A stretch of DNA of 56,885 nucleotides from a virus (taxonomy: Duplodnaviria > Caudoviricetes). Positions within the stretch are counted from its first letter, which is position 1. Every line of letters begins with the position of its first letter. Below, piece after piece: positions 35,903 through 46,592 of this stretch. The translations under genes and the position numbers were made by a program. The notes beneath the pieces are model-generated. The model saw only the letters and a list, made by a program, of their open reading frames with translations, had not been told where the DNA came from and searched no databases. The stretch lies in IMG/VR virus record IMGVR_UViG_3300049053_000087, positions 1 to 56,885 of that record. One strand, given 5' to 3'.

Positions 35903-38244
35903 TGAGCCGTAACAACTATATAGAACTATACATCGATGATATTAAGGCCGACATTGATCCGCAGGGTCAGGTGCCTACTATCAATTACCAGCTGGAAGAT
36001 GCGGATGACTTTGAAAAAAAGAAGTCAGCCGATATGTTGGATATGGAGTTACCTGCTACTGTAGTAAATGATCAGATTCATAATACACTGCATAATCCGG
36101 GCATTATCGATGGTACGGCTGATCAGTCTTATGACAACTTCCGGCCAATGCGATATATCGGAAATGGTCAGGAATTGTTTATAGGCAAGTACCTGGTGCA
36201 GTCTAGTCCGAAAATAAATGGGCGTGTTGAAAAGTATAAGGGCAAAGCTTATGGCCTTAACGGCGATTGGATGATCGATTTAAAAGAAAAGACACTTTCC
36301 GACTTTATAAATCCTCGCTCACATACATTCGATGCCAATACTATAATTGGCAGCTGGGGCTATGATGGCCGCAATGAGGCAACTGATTTCGTTTATGCAC
36401 CAGTAAGGTATCGAAAACCTTTTGGTGAATATCCTGCTGCCACAGAAGACGATCCGAACCCGCAACCACTCGATGATAACGTACTGATTAACGATATGAA
36501 AATGTCGATCAGCATATATTGGATCTTATGGCGGGGTTTTAAAAGCATAGGGTATCGGCTGGTTAGCGAGTTCATGGATACTGACCTCTACCGCAAATCA
36601 CTGTTACCATGGACATTTGGCGGGTTTGACTTTCTCGACGATACCAGGTGGGAGCCACTCAAGTTTTTGGCAGGGCAGGCAGAAAGCCAGCGGTTCGAAG
36701 GAGATCACGATGATGAATTCCCGGACCTTGATATTAAGGCTGATGAAAGCATTCCCGGTACGTTCGATAACAATGGTCTGTTTACATATACGGATGGTGC
36801 CAGTACTATTCCCTTTATGATGATGTGGCAATATCCCACAGCGCCTGCTAATTTAAACCTCGGGAAAATTCGGGTTAACTTTTCTGTTTCACTATCGTAT
36901 AGTTATAAAGTGCAAGATGATGGCGATGCCAGCTTGTTCGTTTTTTGGTATATGAATGGTGTGCAACAAGAAATGGCCGAGGTTTATTCAATAAATGGCC
37001 CTACCATAGGAATACGACAAGGTTCAGGATTCATTGAAAAGGTGTTCGAGGTAGATATGATACCAGGTGATTGGGTAGGGGCAAGGCCACGGATTCATCT
37101 TGACGAAGCTTCCGACCAGCCATTTAGCTTTGCCCGACAAGATTTAAAAATTGAAAGCTTCACTATAAACTTCATAAAGCTCACAGATGGTTCTACCATC
37201 GATTTAAAAAACAACTATCCCAAATTCAAGAATTATAAATGGCTTGATCTGTTACGCGGTGAGATCGATTTATTTGACCTTTCTATTAACACGGACCCAA
37301 TCAGAAAGGAAGTATATATAGAGCCGACGCATGGCTATGATATCAACGGTACGCCTTATCCCGGTTACTTTAACCGAAAACAAATCGACTGGTCGCAAAA
37401 AGAAGATATAAGTAAAAGAAGCGAATTATTTCTCTTCAGTGAATATGAGCGGGAACTGGTATTCAAATTTAAAGATGATGGTAACGACGGCGGACTGAAA
37501 AAGGTGCAGGACCGCAACCAGGCAACAATTGGCCAATCAAAATATGTGTTACCCGAACGGTATAAGACAGAGAAGAAAGAGCATGAGAACCGATTCTACA
37601 GCCCCGTAATGCATTACGAGCATAAGAAATTTCAGTTTGTTACCGGTGTTTCGCCTCAGTTCATAGCCATCATCCCGGAAAACATCAGCAATACCAGTAG
37701 TAGTGAAAGTGAGAACATTTATAATCCGAAACGTGTGTGGTATAAAGGCAATGTAACCGGCTACGGTGGATGGAAATTCAATGGTGTCAATTACACAACG
37801 TTGCCTTTCATGTTTGCGGTAAACTATAAACCGGGCGGAGAGAACGATCCTGTGTTAACTTATTCTGATCAGAAAATTGGTGGTGTTATTGCCAAAGGCC
37901 TGATGAAAAAGTTCTACCTGCAGCGGATGGCCATCCTGCGCAATGGGCGCCGGTATTCTCCGATACATTTTAAATTGAACAATTACGATGTTGGCAATTT
38001 CCTGCATAGGGAAAGCATTATTGTGGATAATCTGGAATACCTGCTTACATCTATCCAAAACTATAACCCGATGGAGCCAGATGAAAGCACGGCCTGCAAC
38101 ATGTGGATGTTCATGCCGGTGTCTACCAGAGATGCAGATAACAGTTATCCATCGATTCAAAGTATACAGAACAGCGGTGTGACGAACAGTTTTGATGTGA
38201 AATATTGGCCGCATCTTCTTTTAACCAGCGATATACCTACCTAA
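35902..38244 (+). CDS. tail tip/baseplate hub protein
   Basis: LYID...D, LPAT..N, .IEP and IDWS.K motifs; adjacent to the tape measure gene. Confidence 0.6.
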   Translation: MSRNNYIELYIDDIKADIDPQGQVPTINYQLEDADDFEKKKSADMLDMELPATVVNDQIHNTLHNPGIIDGTADQSYDNFRPMRYIGNGQELFIGKYLVQSSPKINGRVEKYKGKAYGLNGDWMIDLKEKTLSDFINPRSHTFDANTIIGSWGYDGRNEATDFVYAPVRYRKPFGEYPAATEDDPNPQPLDDNVLINDMKMSISIYWILWRGFKSIGYRLVSEFMDTDLYRKSLLPWTFGGFDFLDDTRWEPLKFLAGQAESQRFEGDHDDEFPDLDIKADESIPGTFDNNGLFTYTDGASTIPFMMMWQYPTAPANLNLGKIRVNFSVSLSYSYKVQDDGDASLFVFWYMNGVQQEMAEVYSINGPTIGIRQGSGFIEKVFEVDMIPGDWVGARPRIHLDEASDQPFSFARQDLKIESFTINFIKLTDGSTIDLKNNYPKFKNYKWLDLLRGEIDLFDLSINTDPIRKEVYIEPTHGYDINGTPYPGYFNRKQIDWSQKEDISKRSELFLFSEYERELVFKFKDDGNDGGLKKVQDRNQATIGQSKYVLPERYKTEKKEHENRFYSPVMHYEHKKFQFVTGVSPQFIAIIPENISNTSSSESENIYNPKRVWYKGNVTGYGGWKFNGVNYTTLPFMFAVNYKPGGENDPVLTYSDQKIGGVIAKGLMKKFYLQRMAILRNGRRYSPIHFKLNNYDVGNFLHRESIIVDNLEYLLTSIQNYNPMEPDESTACNMWMFMPVSTRDADNSYPSIQSIQNSGVTNSFDVKYWPHLLLTSDIPT

Positions 38245-38245
38245 T

Positions 38246-41200
38246 ATGATTACAAAAGTATTCCGCATAGAGCTTGCCGGTGGTAAGGATGTTGAAAAGG
38301 ATTTCATATCCATCAGCAAGGCCACCGTTGCCATGGGTAAGGCAATCGCCAAAGCGAAAGGTGAACTGGCTACGTTGGTTTCAACTAAAGCGGATCCTGG
38401 TGCCATTTCCAGCCTAACTGCTAAGATATCAGAGCTCGAAGCGAAGTACAAATCTCTCGCCCAGGAACGGAAGAAAGCAGAAGCTGATGCAAAAACGCTG
38501 GCCCAAACGGAAAAGCTTTTGGCAGAAGCCAAATTAAAGAGTGCTCAGGCCACGCAAGTAGAGATTGACACGATGATCGCGCAGGATAAGGAGCTTGACC
38601 GGCAGATTGATCGGGAGAAGAAGGAAACGGAAGCCATAAGGAAAAAGAAGAAAGAACTGGAGGGCTTACCTGGTTCGTACAATACTATTAAAAAAGCAGC
38701 GCAGGAGCTATATGCTGAATTAAAAAAAGGGAACAATACTTCAACTGTTACAACGGCCAGTGGCAAATCATTTAAATTCGATGAAGCTATTTCAGAATAT
38801 AAACGCCTGTCCTCGGCGGAGCAGGATTTCCGCCGGCAGTTTTCGAAAGATGGTACGTTGGTCGGCGAATATGCATCTGGTATTGTTGATGCGTTCAAGC
38901 GCCTGAACATTGATGATATTATTAAGAACGACGTTAATAATGCAAAGAAATCATTAGGTGAACTGGAATCGAAAACAAAGGAAATGGTTGTTGCTTACCG
39001 GCAGGCTCAGCAACAAAATATAAGTTCCACAGAAGCATTAAAGACTGAAATAAACCAGCTGACGGTCGCCTATGACCAGGCAAAGGTTAAGGGAGTCGCT
39101 GACCTTGCTGCCTTGGAAACAAAAATGAAGGAACTGCAGGTCGCATATCATCAGGCTCAACAGTCCGGTGGCCAGGATCTCGATAAACTGCAAAAAGAAA
39201 TACATGATAATGTTGTTGAGACTGAAAATTTAAAAAAGGCCGTGTCTCAGGCTGAGGTACAATTAAAAGGTATTGGTGGAGTAGGTGAGCAAATTACCGG
39301 CAGCATCAATAAAGGATTTAAAGAACTTAGGAATTCCATCGGGCAATTCGCTCTTACGTATTTGGGATTTCAGGCGATCTTCTCCGGCTTACAAACTGGT
39401 GTAGATAATGCGAAACAGTTCTCTGATCAAACCACTGAACTGGAAATCCAACTAAATAAAGCAAAAGGCGGTGCTGATGGTTTGGTTGATAGTCTATCAC
39501 AATTGAATACCCGTACAAAGCTCACTACACTGGAAGATATCGCCAACATTGCACTAAAGGCCGGGGCAACTGAACAGAACCTTTTGGGAGTAACCAAGGC
39601 CATAGATACTGTAAAGACCGCTTTTGGAAAGGATTTCGGCGATATCGAAACCGGTACCGAAACTTTTGTGAAGCTGATCAACATCTTTTACGATGATGGT
39701 CAGGTGACTGAAGATCGCATATTGAAAATCGGTAACTCCGTTCGTACTTTGGCAAACGAAACCGTGGCCAGTGTACCTTTTATCAACGACTTTGCCGGTA
39801 GAATGGCCGGTGTGCGCCAAGTAGCAAACGTTACCTTACCCCAGATCGTGGGCCTCGGTGCTGGTTTTGAAGAATTCAAACAGAGCGCGGAGGTTTCTTC
39901 TACCGTATTGGTAAAGGTTATTCCCCAACTGGCCCGTGACATTGATACTTTCGCGAATATAGCCGGTACAACTCGCGAAGAATTCAAAAAACTACTACAG
40001 GAAAACCCGATTGAAGCTCTTTTGCAGGTATCACAAGGCCTGGTAAAAGGCAAAGGCGATATAGAAGTATTTTCCAACACATTACAGGAAGCCGGGATCG
40101 ATGCCGGCCGTGCGGTATCCATTATTTCAACCCTGGGCGGGAAAGCAGAGATCTTTCGCGATCGTATTTCTCGAGCTGGCGTTGCAATTCAATCTACTGA
40201 TGCCATAACCGACGCCTTCACCCGAAAGAATGAGAATTTAGCTGCAACATTGGACAAGATCGGGAAGAAGTTTGCCGATGCTGCCAGTGGAAAGGCCTTT
40301 CAAACAACCCTGATCGTTATTGGAACGGCAATAACCTTTCTTTTAGCTAACATTCCAGCATTATTAATCCTTGGCGGACTGTTGGTTGCTAATTGGGCTG
40401 CGCAAAATGCTCAATTGCTATTATTGCGTGCTCAGGTGCTGGGTTATAATATTGTTATAGGTGCCAGCTATGTTGCCATGGGCGCCCTTACGATCGCACA
40501 AACGGCATACAATGCTATTACCTTCATTACGTCTACCGCGCTTGCCCTCGCAACACGTGCACTTGCTTTCTTTGGAATTACTGTACGGGCCACAGCGGGT
40601 CCGCTCGGTATTATTTTAACAATTGCTACCCTATTGACAGCTGCTTTTGTTGCGTTTGGGCGAAAGCTTGAAGCAGCACAGGGTAGTTTGAGTGAGTTTG
40701 TGAGGTTGCAGAAAATAAATGCAGAAATAAGCAGAGAGGCCAGTAAGGCGACATCGGAACAGATTTCTACTTTAGATGGTTGGATTGCCGTTATAAAGAG
40801 CGCTGCTACTTCCGCCGATACAAAGCGGAAAGCAATGGATAAGCTAATTGAGATTAACCCTGCCTTCCGTGATGCACTAAAAGGGCAAACAATTGATCTT
40901 AATGAACTCGATAAAGCATATGGGAAAGTTGTACAGGGAATTCAGGCAAAGGCTCGTGCAGAAGCTGCAGCTACGTTATCCGCCGGCAAGCAAAAAAAGG
41001 TTACTGAAATTTCTGGTTTACGGCAAGATCTGGAAATTCAGGTTGCTCAAAAAAGCAAACCCAATCAGAGTGAGATAAAAGTGGAATTGTCTGAAGATCA
41101 GAAAGAGATTTTGAAAAAAGGAGATTTCCTTAACTCTGGTGCTGTGATATATTTTTCCGACGAAGGTGCTGTTTTACTTAAGCATAGATTTGATCAGATT

Positions 41201-43480
41201 AAAACATTCCTTGATAAAAAAGAAAAGGAGGCTATAGGTGTTTATCAAGATTATCTTAAGGCTCAAGCCTTAGCAGAAGAAAATTTGACAAAGGTTGAAG
41301 AGCAGGTCCAAAAAAAATCAGCGATCGATACATCCGAAACTGTATTTCAGATATTCGAGCGCCTTTTTAACAATAACGGTACCGGTGCTGACTTCAAAGC
41401 CCTCCTGAAAAAGATACAGGAGCAAAAAAAATCAACTGATGTATTGTCGAAGGAATATAAGGACCTGCTCGCCCTGGAAGCAAAGGTTAAGGACCTACTC
41501 AAACCGAAAGCTGGTTCCTCCGGTGGTGGTAACCGTTCTCCGGAGAAACAAAAACTGGATGATAGATTAAAAGAAATTGAAGCAGGCATTATAGAGCGTA
41601 AAAACGCTTTGGATTCGCAACTGGCTGAAGGGTTGATATCTGAAAGGGATTATTATGCACAGGTTAGAGATAATACAACCAATGGCGAACAGGATAAAAT
41701 AAATATCATCCTTGAATTTCAACAGCGTTATAAAAAAGCCCTCGCCCGTTTTCATGGTGACCTGGCGAAAGATGTTTCTGAAGCTGAAAGAAAACAATTG
41801 GCTGCGAAACGTGATGCCAACCAAAAACTTTTCGATCTGGATAACAAGCAGCTGGAAATTAACCTACGCAATGAGCAGAGTGCAACCGGTCGCGATCGTG
41901 ATGCTACTTTATTAAACCCGAACCTCTCCAATGAAGAACGCCTGCAGGCTACCATCGATTATTATGATCGCTTGTTGGTTGCACAGGTAGTATTCAATCA
42001 AAAACAAATTGAGGCAGAAAAGAAGTATGGTGTAAAGTCAGTTGAAAATGCTCAGAAGCGTAAGGAAGAAATTGAAAGGATCAGGAAAGAGCTGGAACAG
42101 TCAGAAGCTGATAGGCCTGAAGCCCGTCAGAGGGATATACAGGCGGCTGCCGATCGCCAGCTTGCAGAGATCAGGCGCCGTGTGGCGCAACAGACTGTTG
42201 CCATCCTGGAATCCAATTCATCATATACAAAGAAGGCCCGGGAACTGGCTAAGTTAGAAGTACAGGCAACGAAAGATCAATTGGCTGAGGAAGCCGCCGC
42301 AGCAAAACTTGCCTTTGAGCAAGCGGAAAAGGATCGGGAGAAAGGATTGATCAGCGAAAAGGAATACCTGGATAAACTGGAAGAGTATAAAACCAAAGAG
42401 GCAGCTCTTTATAAATATACCACCGATGAACAGGTGTCGGCTACCCAGCGGTTTGTAAAGGCACTGAAGGAACTGAAAGATACTTTCCTCGAAACAATCC
42501 TCGGTATAAAAACATATACTAAGGATGCCGCCGGTGAGCAGGAACGTATTCAGGATGCTATCAAGGGAACGGCAGAAACTATAAAAAGTACTATTAACGA
42601 AGCATACCAAGCCTATTTCCAGAACCAGGAACAGCGCATTGAATCTGATAAGCAGGATCAAATTGAAACGCTCGATCGGGAAAAGCAACGTGTATTGGCC
42701 CGGGCAACCGGTGAAGCTGAAAAAGAAACCATCGAACGCCAGTTTGCGCAAAAGCAAAAAGCTGTTGAAAAGAAAGCTGCAGAGGAAAAAAGGCAGCTGG
42801 CATTAAAACAGGCTACAATCGATTTCGCCGTTGCGGTAATGAAAACGTTCGCGCAATTTGGGTTCCCTCTCGGGTTGATCCCTGTTGCTGCACTTACGGC
42901 CGCTTACTTTTTACAACGCGCTCAGATCAGCAAACAGCAATTCGCTTTTGGTGGTGCACTGAAGAAAAAGGAATACGGACTCGGTGGAAAAGCTGGCGAA
43001 GTACCGGTAAACGGTGGTGTGTTTGGTGGCAAAACTCATGGCCAGGGAGGTACCGACTTTGAATTCGGTGGGCAGGCATACAATGCTGAAGTGGATGAAA
43101 TGAATATCATCCGTACCCGCAATGCACCAAAGACCGGAACATATTCAATTACCGGCTCACATAAACAAATTGCATCGGCTCTTAATGCGATCGGTGGTGG
43201 TATTTCCTTTGCCACAGGCGCCTCTGTGAAAAAATTTACTACCGGTGGATACCTTGGAAGTAAATTAAAGGCTCCTTATTTTAGCGCTGGTGCTTATTTG
43301 AATGGCGGTAGCGTAAGCGGTAAAGTAAATGACGATCGCATTGAGCGGCTGGAAGCAATGACCGAGCAGGTATTGGCAGCAGTTTACTCCACTGACGCCA
43401 AACCGGTAACACTGGTTGCTCAGAATGTTACCAGTGCCCAACGAAAAAAAGAAAAAGACGTAAGTACCGGAACATTATGA
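38246..43480 (+). CDS. tail tape measure protein
   Basis: 1744 aa; coiled coils, TP901-like core, hydrophobic segments, C-terminal FAFGG/G.THG.GG/FTTGG. Confidence 0.93.
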   Translation: MITKVFRIELAGGKDVEKDFISISKATVAMGKAIAKAKGELATLVSTKADPGAISSLTAKISELEAKYKSLAQERKKAEADAKTLAQTEKLLAEAKLKSAQATQVEIDTMIAQDKELDRQIDREKKETEAIRKKKKELEGLPGSYNTIKKAAQELYAELKKGNNTSTVTTASGKSFKFDEAISEYKRLSSAEQDFRRQFSKDGTLVGEYASGIVDAFKRLNIDDIIKNDVNNAKKSLGELESKTKEMVVAYRQAQQQNISSTEALKTEINQLTVAYDQAKVKGVADLAALETKMKELQVAYHQAQQSGGQDLDKLQKEIHDNVVETENLKKAVSQAEVQLKGIGGVGEQITGSINKGFKELRNSIGQFALTYLGFQAIFSGLQTGVDNAKQFSDQTTELEIQLNKAKGGADGLVDSLSQLNTRTKLTTLEDIANIALKAGATEQNLLGVTKAIDTVKTAFGKDFGDIETGTETFVKLINIFYDDGQVTEDRILKIGNSVRTLANETVASVPFINDFAGRMAGVRQVANVTLPQIVGLGAGFEEFKQSAEVSSTVLVKVIPQLARDIDTFANIAGTTREEFKKLLQENPIEALLQVSQGLVKGKGDIEVFSNTLQEAGIDAGRAVSIISTLGGKAEIFRDRISRAGVAIQSTDAITDAFTRKNENLAATLDKIGKKFADAASGKAFQTTLIVIGTAITFLLANIPALLILGGLLVANWAAQNAQLLLLRAQVLGYNIVIGASYVAMGALTIAQTAYNAITFITSTALALATRALAFFGITVRATAGPLGIILTIATLLTAAFVAFGRKLEAAQGSLSEFVRLQKINAEISREASKATSEQISTLDGWIAVIKSAATSADTKRKAMDKLIEINPAFRDALKGQTIDLNELDKAYGKVVQGIQAKARAEAAATLSAGKQKKVTEISGLRQDLEIQVAQKSKPNQSEIKVELSEDQKEILKKGDFLNSGAVIYFSDEGAVLLKHRFDQIKTFLDKKEKEAIGVYQDYLKAQALAEENLTKVEEQVQKKSAIDTSETVFQIFERLFNNNGTGADFKALLKKIQEQKKSTDVLSKEYKDLLALEAKVKDLLKPKAGSSGGGNRSPEKQKLDDRLKEIEAGIIERKNALDSQLAEGLISERDYYAQVRDNTTNGEQDKINIILEFQQRYKKALARFHGDLAKDVSEAERKQLAAKRDANQKLFDLDNKQLEINLRNEQSATGRDRDATLLNPNLSNEERLQATIDYYDRLLVAQVVFNQKQIEAEKKYGVKSVENAQKRKEEIERIRKELEQSEADRPEARQRDIQAAADRQLAEIRRRVAQQTVAILESNSSYTKKARELAKLEVQATKDQLAEEAAAAKLAFEQAEKDREKGLISEKEYLDKLEEYKTKEAALYKYTTDEQVSATQRFVKALKELKDTFLETILGIKTYTKDAAGEQERIQDAIKGTAETIKSTINEAYQAYFQNQEQRIESDKQDQIETLDREKQRVLARATGEAEKETIERQFAQKQKAVEKKAAEEKRQLALKQATIDFAVAVMKTFAQFGFPLGLIPVAALTAAYFLQRAQISKQQFAFGGALKKKEYGLGGKAGEVPVNGGVFGGKTHGQGGTDFEFGGQAYNAEVDEMNIIRTRNAPKTGTYSITGSHKQIASALNAIGGGISFATGASVKKFTTGGYLGSKLKAPYFSAGAYLNGGSVSGKVNDDRIERLEAMTEQVLAAVYSTDAKPVTLVAQNVTSAQRKKEKDVSTGTL

Positions 43481-43728
43481 GTGAAGCCCAACTTTTAAAG
43501 CAACAATGTCTTACTATGGCCGCGGCCGAGCTCGAACAGTTATTGTTAATAATTGGTGAGCTCGGCTATGTAGGTTATAAAATATCCCTCTGTAAAATAA
43601 AAGGCCTGTCATACACACAATGCAGTAGAAAGTTTAATATTTCCAAATCACTCGCTCAGTTTTATTGGGAGAAATGCCAAACCAAAGGCTACGATATTAA
43701 ATTAAAAAACATTTTCAAGCTGCCATAA
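43477..43728 (+). CDS. small HTH-like protein
   Basis: GLSYTQCSRKFNISKSLAQFYW. Confidence 0.55.
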   Translation: MSEAQLLKQQCLTMAAAELEQLLLIIGELGYVGYKISLCKIKGLSYTQCSRKFNISKSLAQFYWEKCQTKGYDIKLKNIFKLP

Positions 43729-43748
43729 TTTCCATTCTGAATTTATTA

Positions 43749-43773
43749 TTCCGTATAGTATTACTATACGGAA
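43749..43773. promoter_or_regulatory. perfect 12-bp inverted repeat (operator-like)
   Basis: TTCCGTATAGTA-T-TACTATACGGAA. Confidence 0.7.
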
Positions 43774-43774
43774 A

Positions 43775-43809
43775 TGCTCTATTTAAGCTATTATAACTCA
43801 AATAAAGCT
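43775..43809. promoter_or_regulatory. tandem AGCT-N7-AGCT sites before the head operon
   Basis: TGCT-CTATTTA-AGCT at 43775-43789 and AACT-CAAATAA-AGCT at 43795-43809; AAACTTTG follows. Confidence 0.7.
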
Positions 43810-43823
43810 GAAACTTTGTCCCG

Positions 43824-44972
43824 ATGCCAAAGAGCAAATCATACATCGGGATAAAGAATGAAGCTGAAACCTCCACGTTAGAGCTTCACTTTACTGATTT
43901 TATCTATGATGGCTGGAACTGGGATACCTGGGAAAGTGAAAACCTGGTGCAATCCACCATTGATAAAATCAAAGCGGCTAATCCTTCCAAAATTAAGGTC
44001 GTTATCAATTCCCTGGGTGGTGATGTAATGATAGGCCTCGCACTTTACAACTATATCAAAGGATATAATGCAGAAAAGGAAGTTGATATTCCTGGTTTTG
44101 CTGCATCGATCGCATCTATAATGGCTATGGTTGCTGATCCCGGCAAACTCCGCATGGGCAAAAGCACATTCATGATTATTCATGCTGCTTCATCCGGTTC
44201 TTATGGTAACGCAAGTGAAATGCGCAAGCAGGCTGATATTCTCGATAAAGTAACTAACGAGCTTGCTGCTATCTATGCTCAACGCAGTGGCAAGGATGTG
44301 AAATACTTCACTGACCTGTGGGCTGACGGTGATTATTGGATGACTGCGGAAGAAGCCAAAGAAATTGGCCTCGCCGACGAGATCTATAATTCCGAACCGA
44401 TTAATGCCAAAGTTGATTTCTCCAATTACAATTTCAGGAATGTACCAGCTGCTCTGCTTAATTCAGCGGAAGCCCAACCTGATGAACAGAACCCGATTTT
44501 TAAATTTTTCAATAAGCAGTATATGAAACTTACGGACATGCTCAATAACATCGTCAACAATGCAAAGACGGATAAGAAATTCGAGAAAGTAGAAAACCGT
44601 GATGCGGTTCTCGATATGGTTGCTGAGGTTTTCAAGCCTTTTGCAGAAGCTGCTGATGCCGAGTCCGAAGAAGCTGCTGAGGCAACTACAACTGAAGCTA
44701 AACCAGCTGAAACAAAACCTGCTACAACCGAAACAAAACCTGCTGAGACAAAGCCGGCCACTGAAACTAAACCTGTGGAGGAAAAGCCTGCTGAAACTAA
44801 ACCAGCAGAAAGTGACGATCTAAAAAACGTCCTGGCACGGATGGAAAAGATAGAAAAAGAGAACAAGGATCTCCGTGATGCGCTGGCGGCTCATGAAACA
44901 AAGCCTGAAAACCAAAAAGGCAAAACCGGCAATAGCGGATTCGCTAAAGCAAAGATCGAATACGCTGAGTAA
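43824..44972 (+). CDS. ClpP-like head maturation protease with scaffold-like C-terminus
   Basis: INSLGGDV, AASIAS, FMIIH and WMTAEEA..GLADE. Confidence 0.92.
   Translation: MPKSKSYIGIKNEAETSTLELHFTDFIYDGWNWDTWESENLVQSTIDKIKAANPSKIKVVINSLGGDVMIGLALYNYIKGYNAEKEVDIPGFAASIASIMAMVADPGKLRMGKSTFMIIHAASSGSYGNASEMRKQADILDKVTNELAAIYAQRSGKDVKYFTDLWADGDYWMTAEEAKEIGLADEIYNSEPINAKVDFSNYNFRNVPAALLNSAEAQPDEQNPIFKFFNKQYMKLTDMLNNIVNNAKTDKKFEKVENRDAVLDMVAEVFKPFAEAADAESEEAAEATTTEAKPAETKPATTETKPAETKPATETKPVEEKPAETKPAESDDLKNVLARMEKIEKENKDLRDALAAHETKPENQKGKTGNSGFAKAKIEYAE
44691..44811 (+). repeat. (E/T)KPA(E/T) low-complexity linker repeats
   Basis: TEAKPAETKPATTETKPAETKPATETKPVEEKPAETKPAE. Confidence 0.8.
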
Positions 44973-45024
44973 TTATTCAGCCCCATAAGTAAACAAAAGT
45001 TTTTTCACAGATAAATCTATAGCA

Positions 45025-45450
45025 ATGCCTCCTGTATTTGATAACAGCAATTTGGTAAATGGCCTCTGCGGTGGTTGCGAATGCACTGGCTTCGTTCCTG
45101 CAGTAACATTCGTGTATGATGCGAATGCCGGTACCATTACGGTAACCGAAGCCTCTACATATGCGGCTGGTGACGCACGTAAGATCTGTAACATACGTGT
45201 AACCGACAAAGCCGGCAATAAGGTGGATGGCAATATATCAGCCGCTGATGGTGATGATGCTGTTACTATCGATGTATCTGATCTGGATCTATCTGAAGGT
45301 TACCGCATCGATGCAACTGTTCTCGCAAATTCTGGCTGTATCAGTGATGGTCATGCTGGTAGAATTGGAATGCTGATCACTGAAGGTAATATAGGCAGCT
45401 GGGATAAAGACAGCACAACAATAGAGATCGGTGAAGATGATGAATCATAA
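45025..45450 (+). CDS. putative capsid decoration protein
   Basis: Small beta-rich protein between protease and capsid genes; ends EDDES. Confidence 0.55.
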   Translation: MPPVFDNSNLVNGLCGGCECTGFVPAVTFVYDANAGTITVTEASTYAAGDARKICNIRVTDKAGNKVDGNISAADGDDAVTIDVSDLDLSEGYRIDATVLANSGCISDGHAGRIGMLITEGNIGSWDKDSTTIEIGEDDES

Positions 45451-45510
45451 CCGGACTTAAACCTTATCGACCCTATTACAACTTTCTAACCTCCTTTAAA
45501 TTTTTATAAG

Positions 45511-46533
45511 ATGGCAAAGCCTTTCAGAAGAATAACGATCAATGGCCCTCAATTTTTCGAGGAAATCCTACTCCCTTCCTTCGGTGATTTGATTGCCGAT
45601 CGGGATGTACGCAATGGTTACTTCGGTGAATTCATGGTCATGGATGATGTTCCTTATGAAAGGAAGATCATCGATATCCGCAGGTTTAAAAACGTTTTAA
45701 AACGCCGTGATGCGGATTGCTCTATGGTTTATGAACCATTGGCACGTGCCGGCCTCCGGATGATTCGCACCACAGAGCTCGGCGCCGCCGTTAAGTTCTG
45801 TCGCGAGGAATTTTACCAAGGCTGCCTGAAAGACTGGAGAGCTGGTGATCCTGTTTTCTACGATCGTATTACCGGGTTCTTTAAGAATGCCATCGGAACG
45901 GATTTGACTTCACTGATGTATTTCGGTGATGTAAGCCGTGCAAACGATTCCAGCGAAGAGGCTTTCAACGTAAACCAATTCGACGGTATCTACACTCAAT
46001 ACGGGAAGTATGTTACCAGCGGAAGAATACCTGCTGGTCAGACTTTCAATGTACCCAATGCGGTTATCTCCGCATCAAATGCAAACGTATACCTGCAGAG
46101 CCTGTACGATCGCATGGATCCGCTGATGAAGTTGATGCCACGTGGCGACCTGGCATTCTACATTGATCGCGACTGGGCAGATGCATATGAGAAATACCTG
46201 GTAGCTACCGGTCAAACATCGAGCGAGGCTGTAAACTTTGTTCAGGACGGTATTAAAGTGCGTGCGTTCATGGGTATTCCAATCTTCGTGAATCCTTTCT
46301 TCAATCCAATTCTTACGCAAATAGTTGCTGCAAACGCTCACTTCGGTGTGTTGACAATCCGGGGAAATTTCGTATTCGCAACTGATAAATCATACGGTAC
46401 GGGTCCCGATGGTGATCAGGCGCTGGTGATCTGGTACGATTGGGATGAAGATACATGGAAGTGGAGAACAGCATTGAAAGCCGGTACGCAAATCGCGCTG
46501 CCTGAGCACTCAACGCTGGCGTTGCCATCATAA
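45511..46533 (+). CDS. major capsid protein
   Basis: 340 aa downstream of the protease; D.....YFGD, FDG and F.GIPI motifs of HK97-fold capsids; ends LALPS. Confidence 0.8.
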   Translation: MAKPFRRITINGPQFFEEILLPSFGDLIADRDVRNGYFGEFMVMDDVPYERKIIDIRRFKNVLKRRDADCSMVYEPLARAGLRMIRTTELGAAVKFCREEFYQGCLKDWRAGDPVFYDRITGFFKNAIGTDLTSLMYFGDVSRANDSSEEAFNVNQFDGIYTQYGKYVTSGRIPAGQTFNVPNAVISASNANVYLQSLYDRMDPLMKLMPRGDLAFYIDRDWADAYEKYLVATGQTSSEAVNFVQDGIKVRAFMGIPIFVNPFFNPILTQIVAANAHFGVLTIRGNFVFATDKSYGTGPDGDQALVIWYDWDEDTWKWRTALKAGTQIALPEHSTLALPS

Positions 46534-46592
46534 TCCAAAATACTCTTTGGATTTCTCTTTCATCAATATTCGAACATTTAAACTCTTTATAA

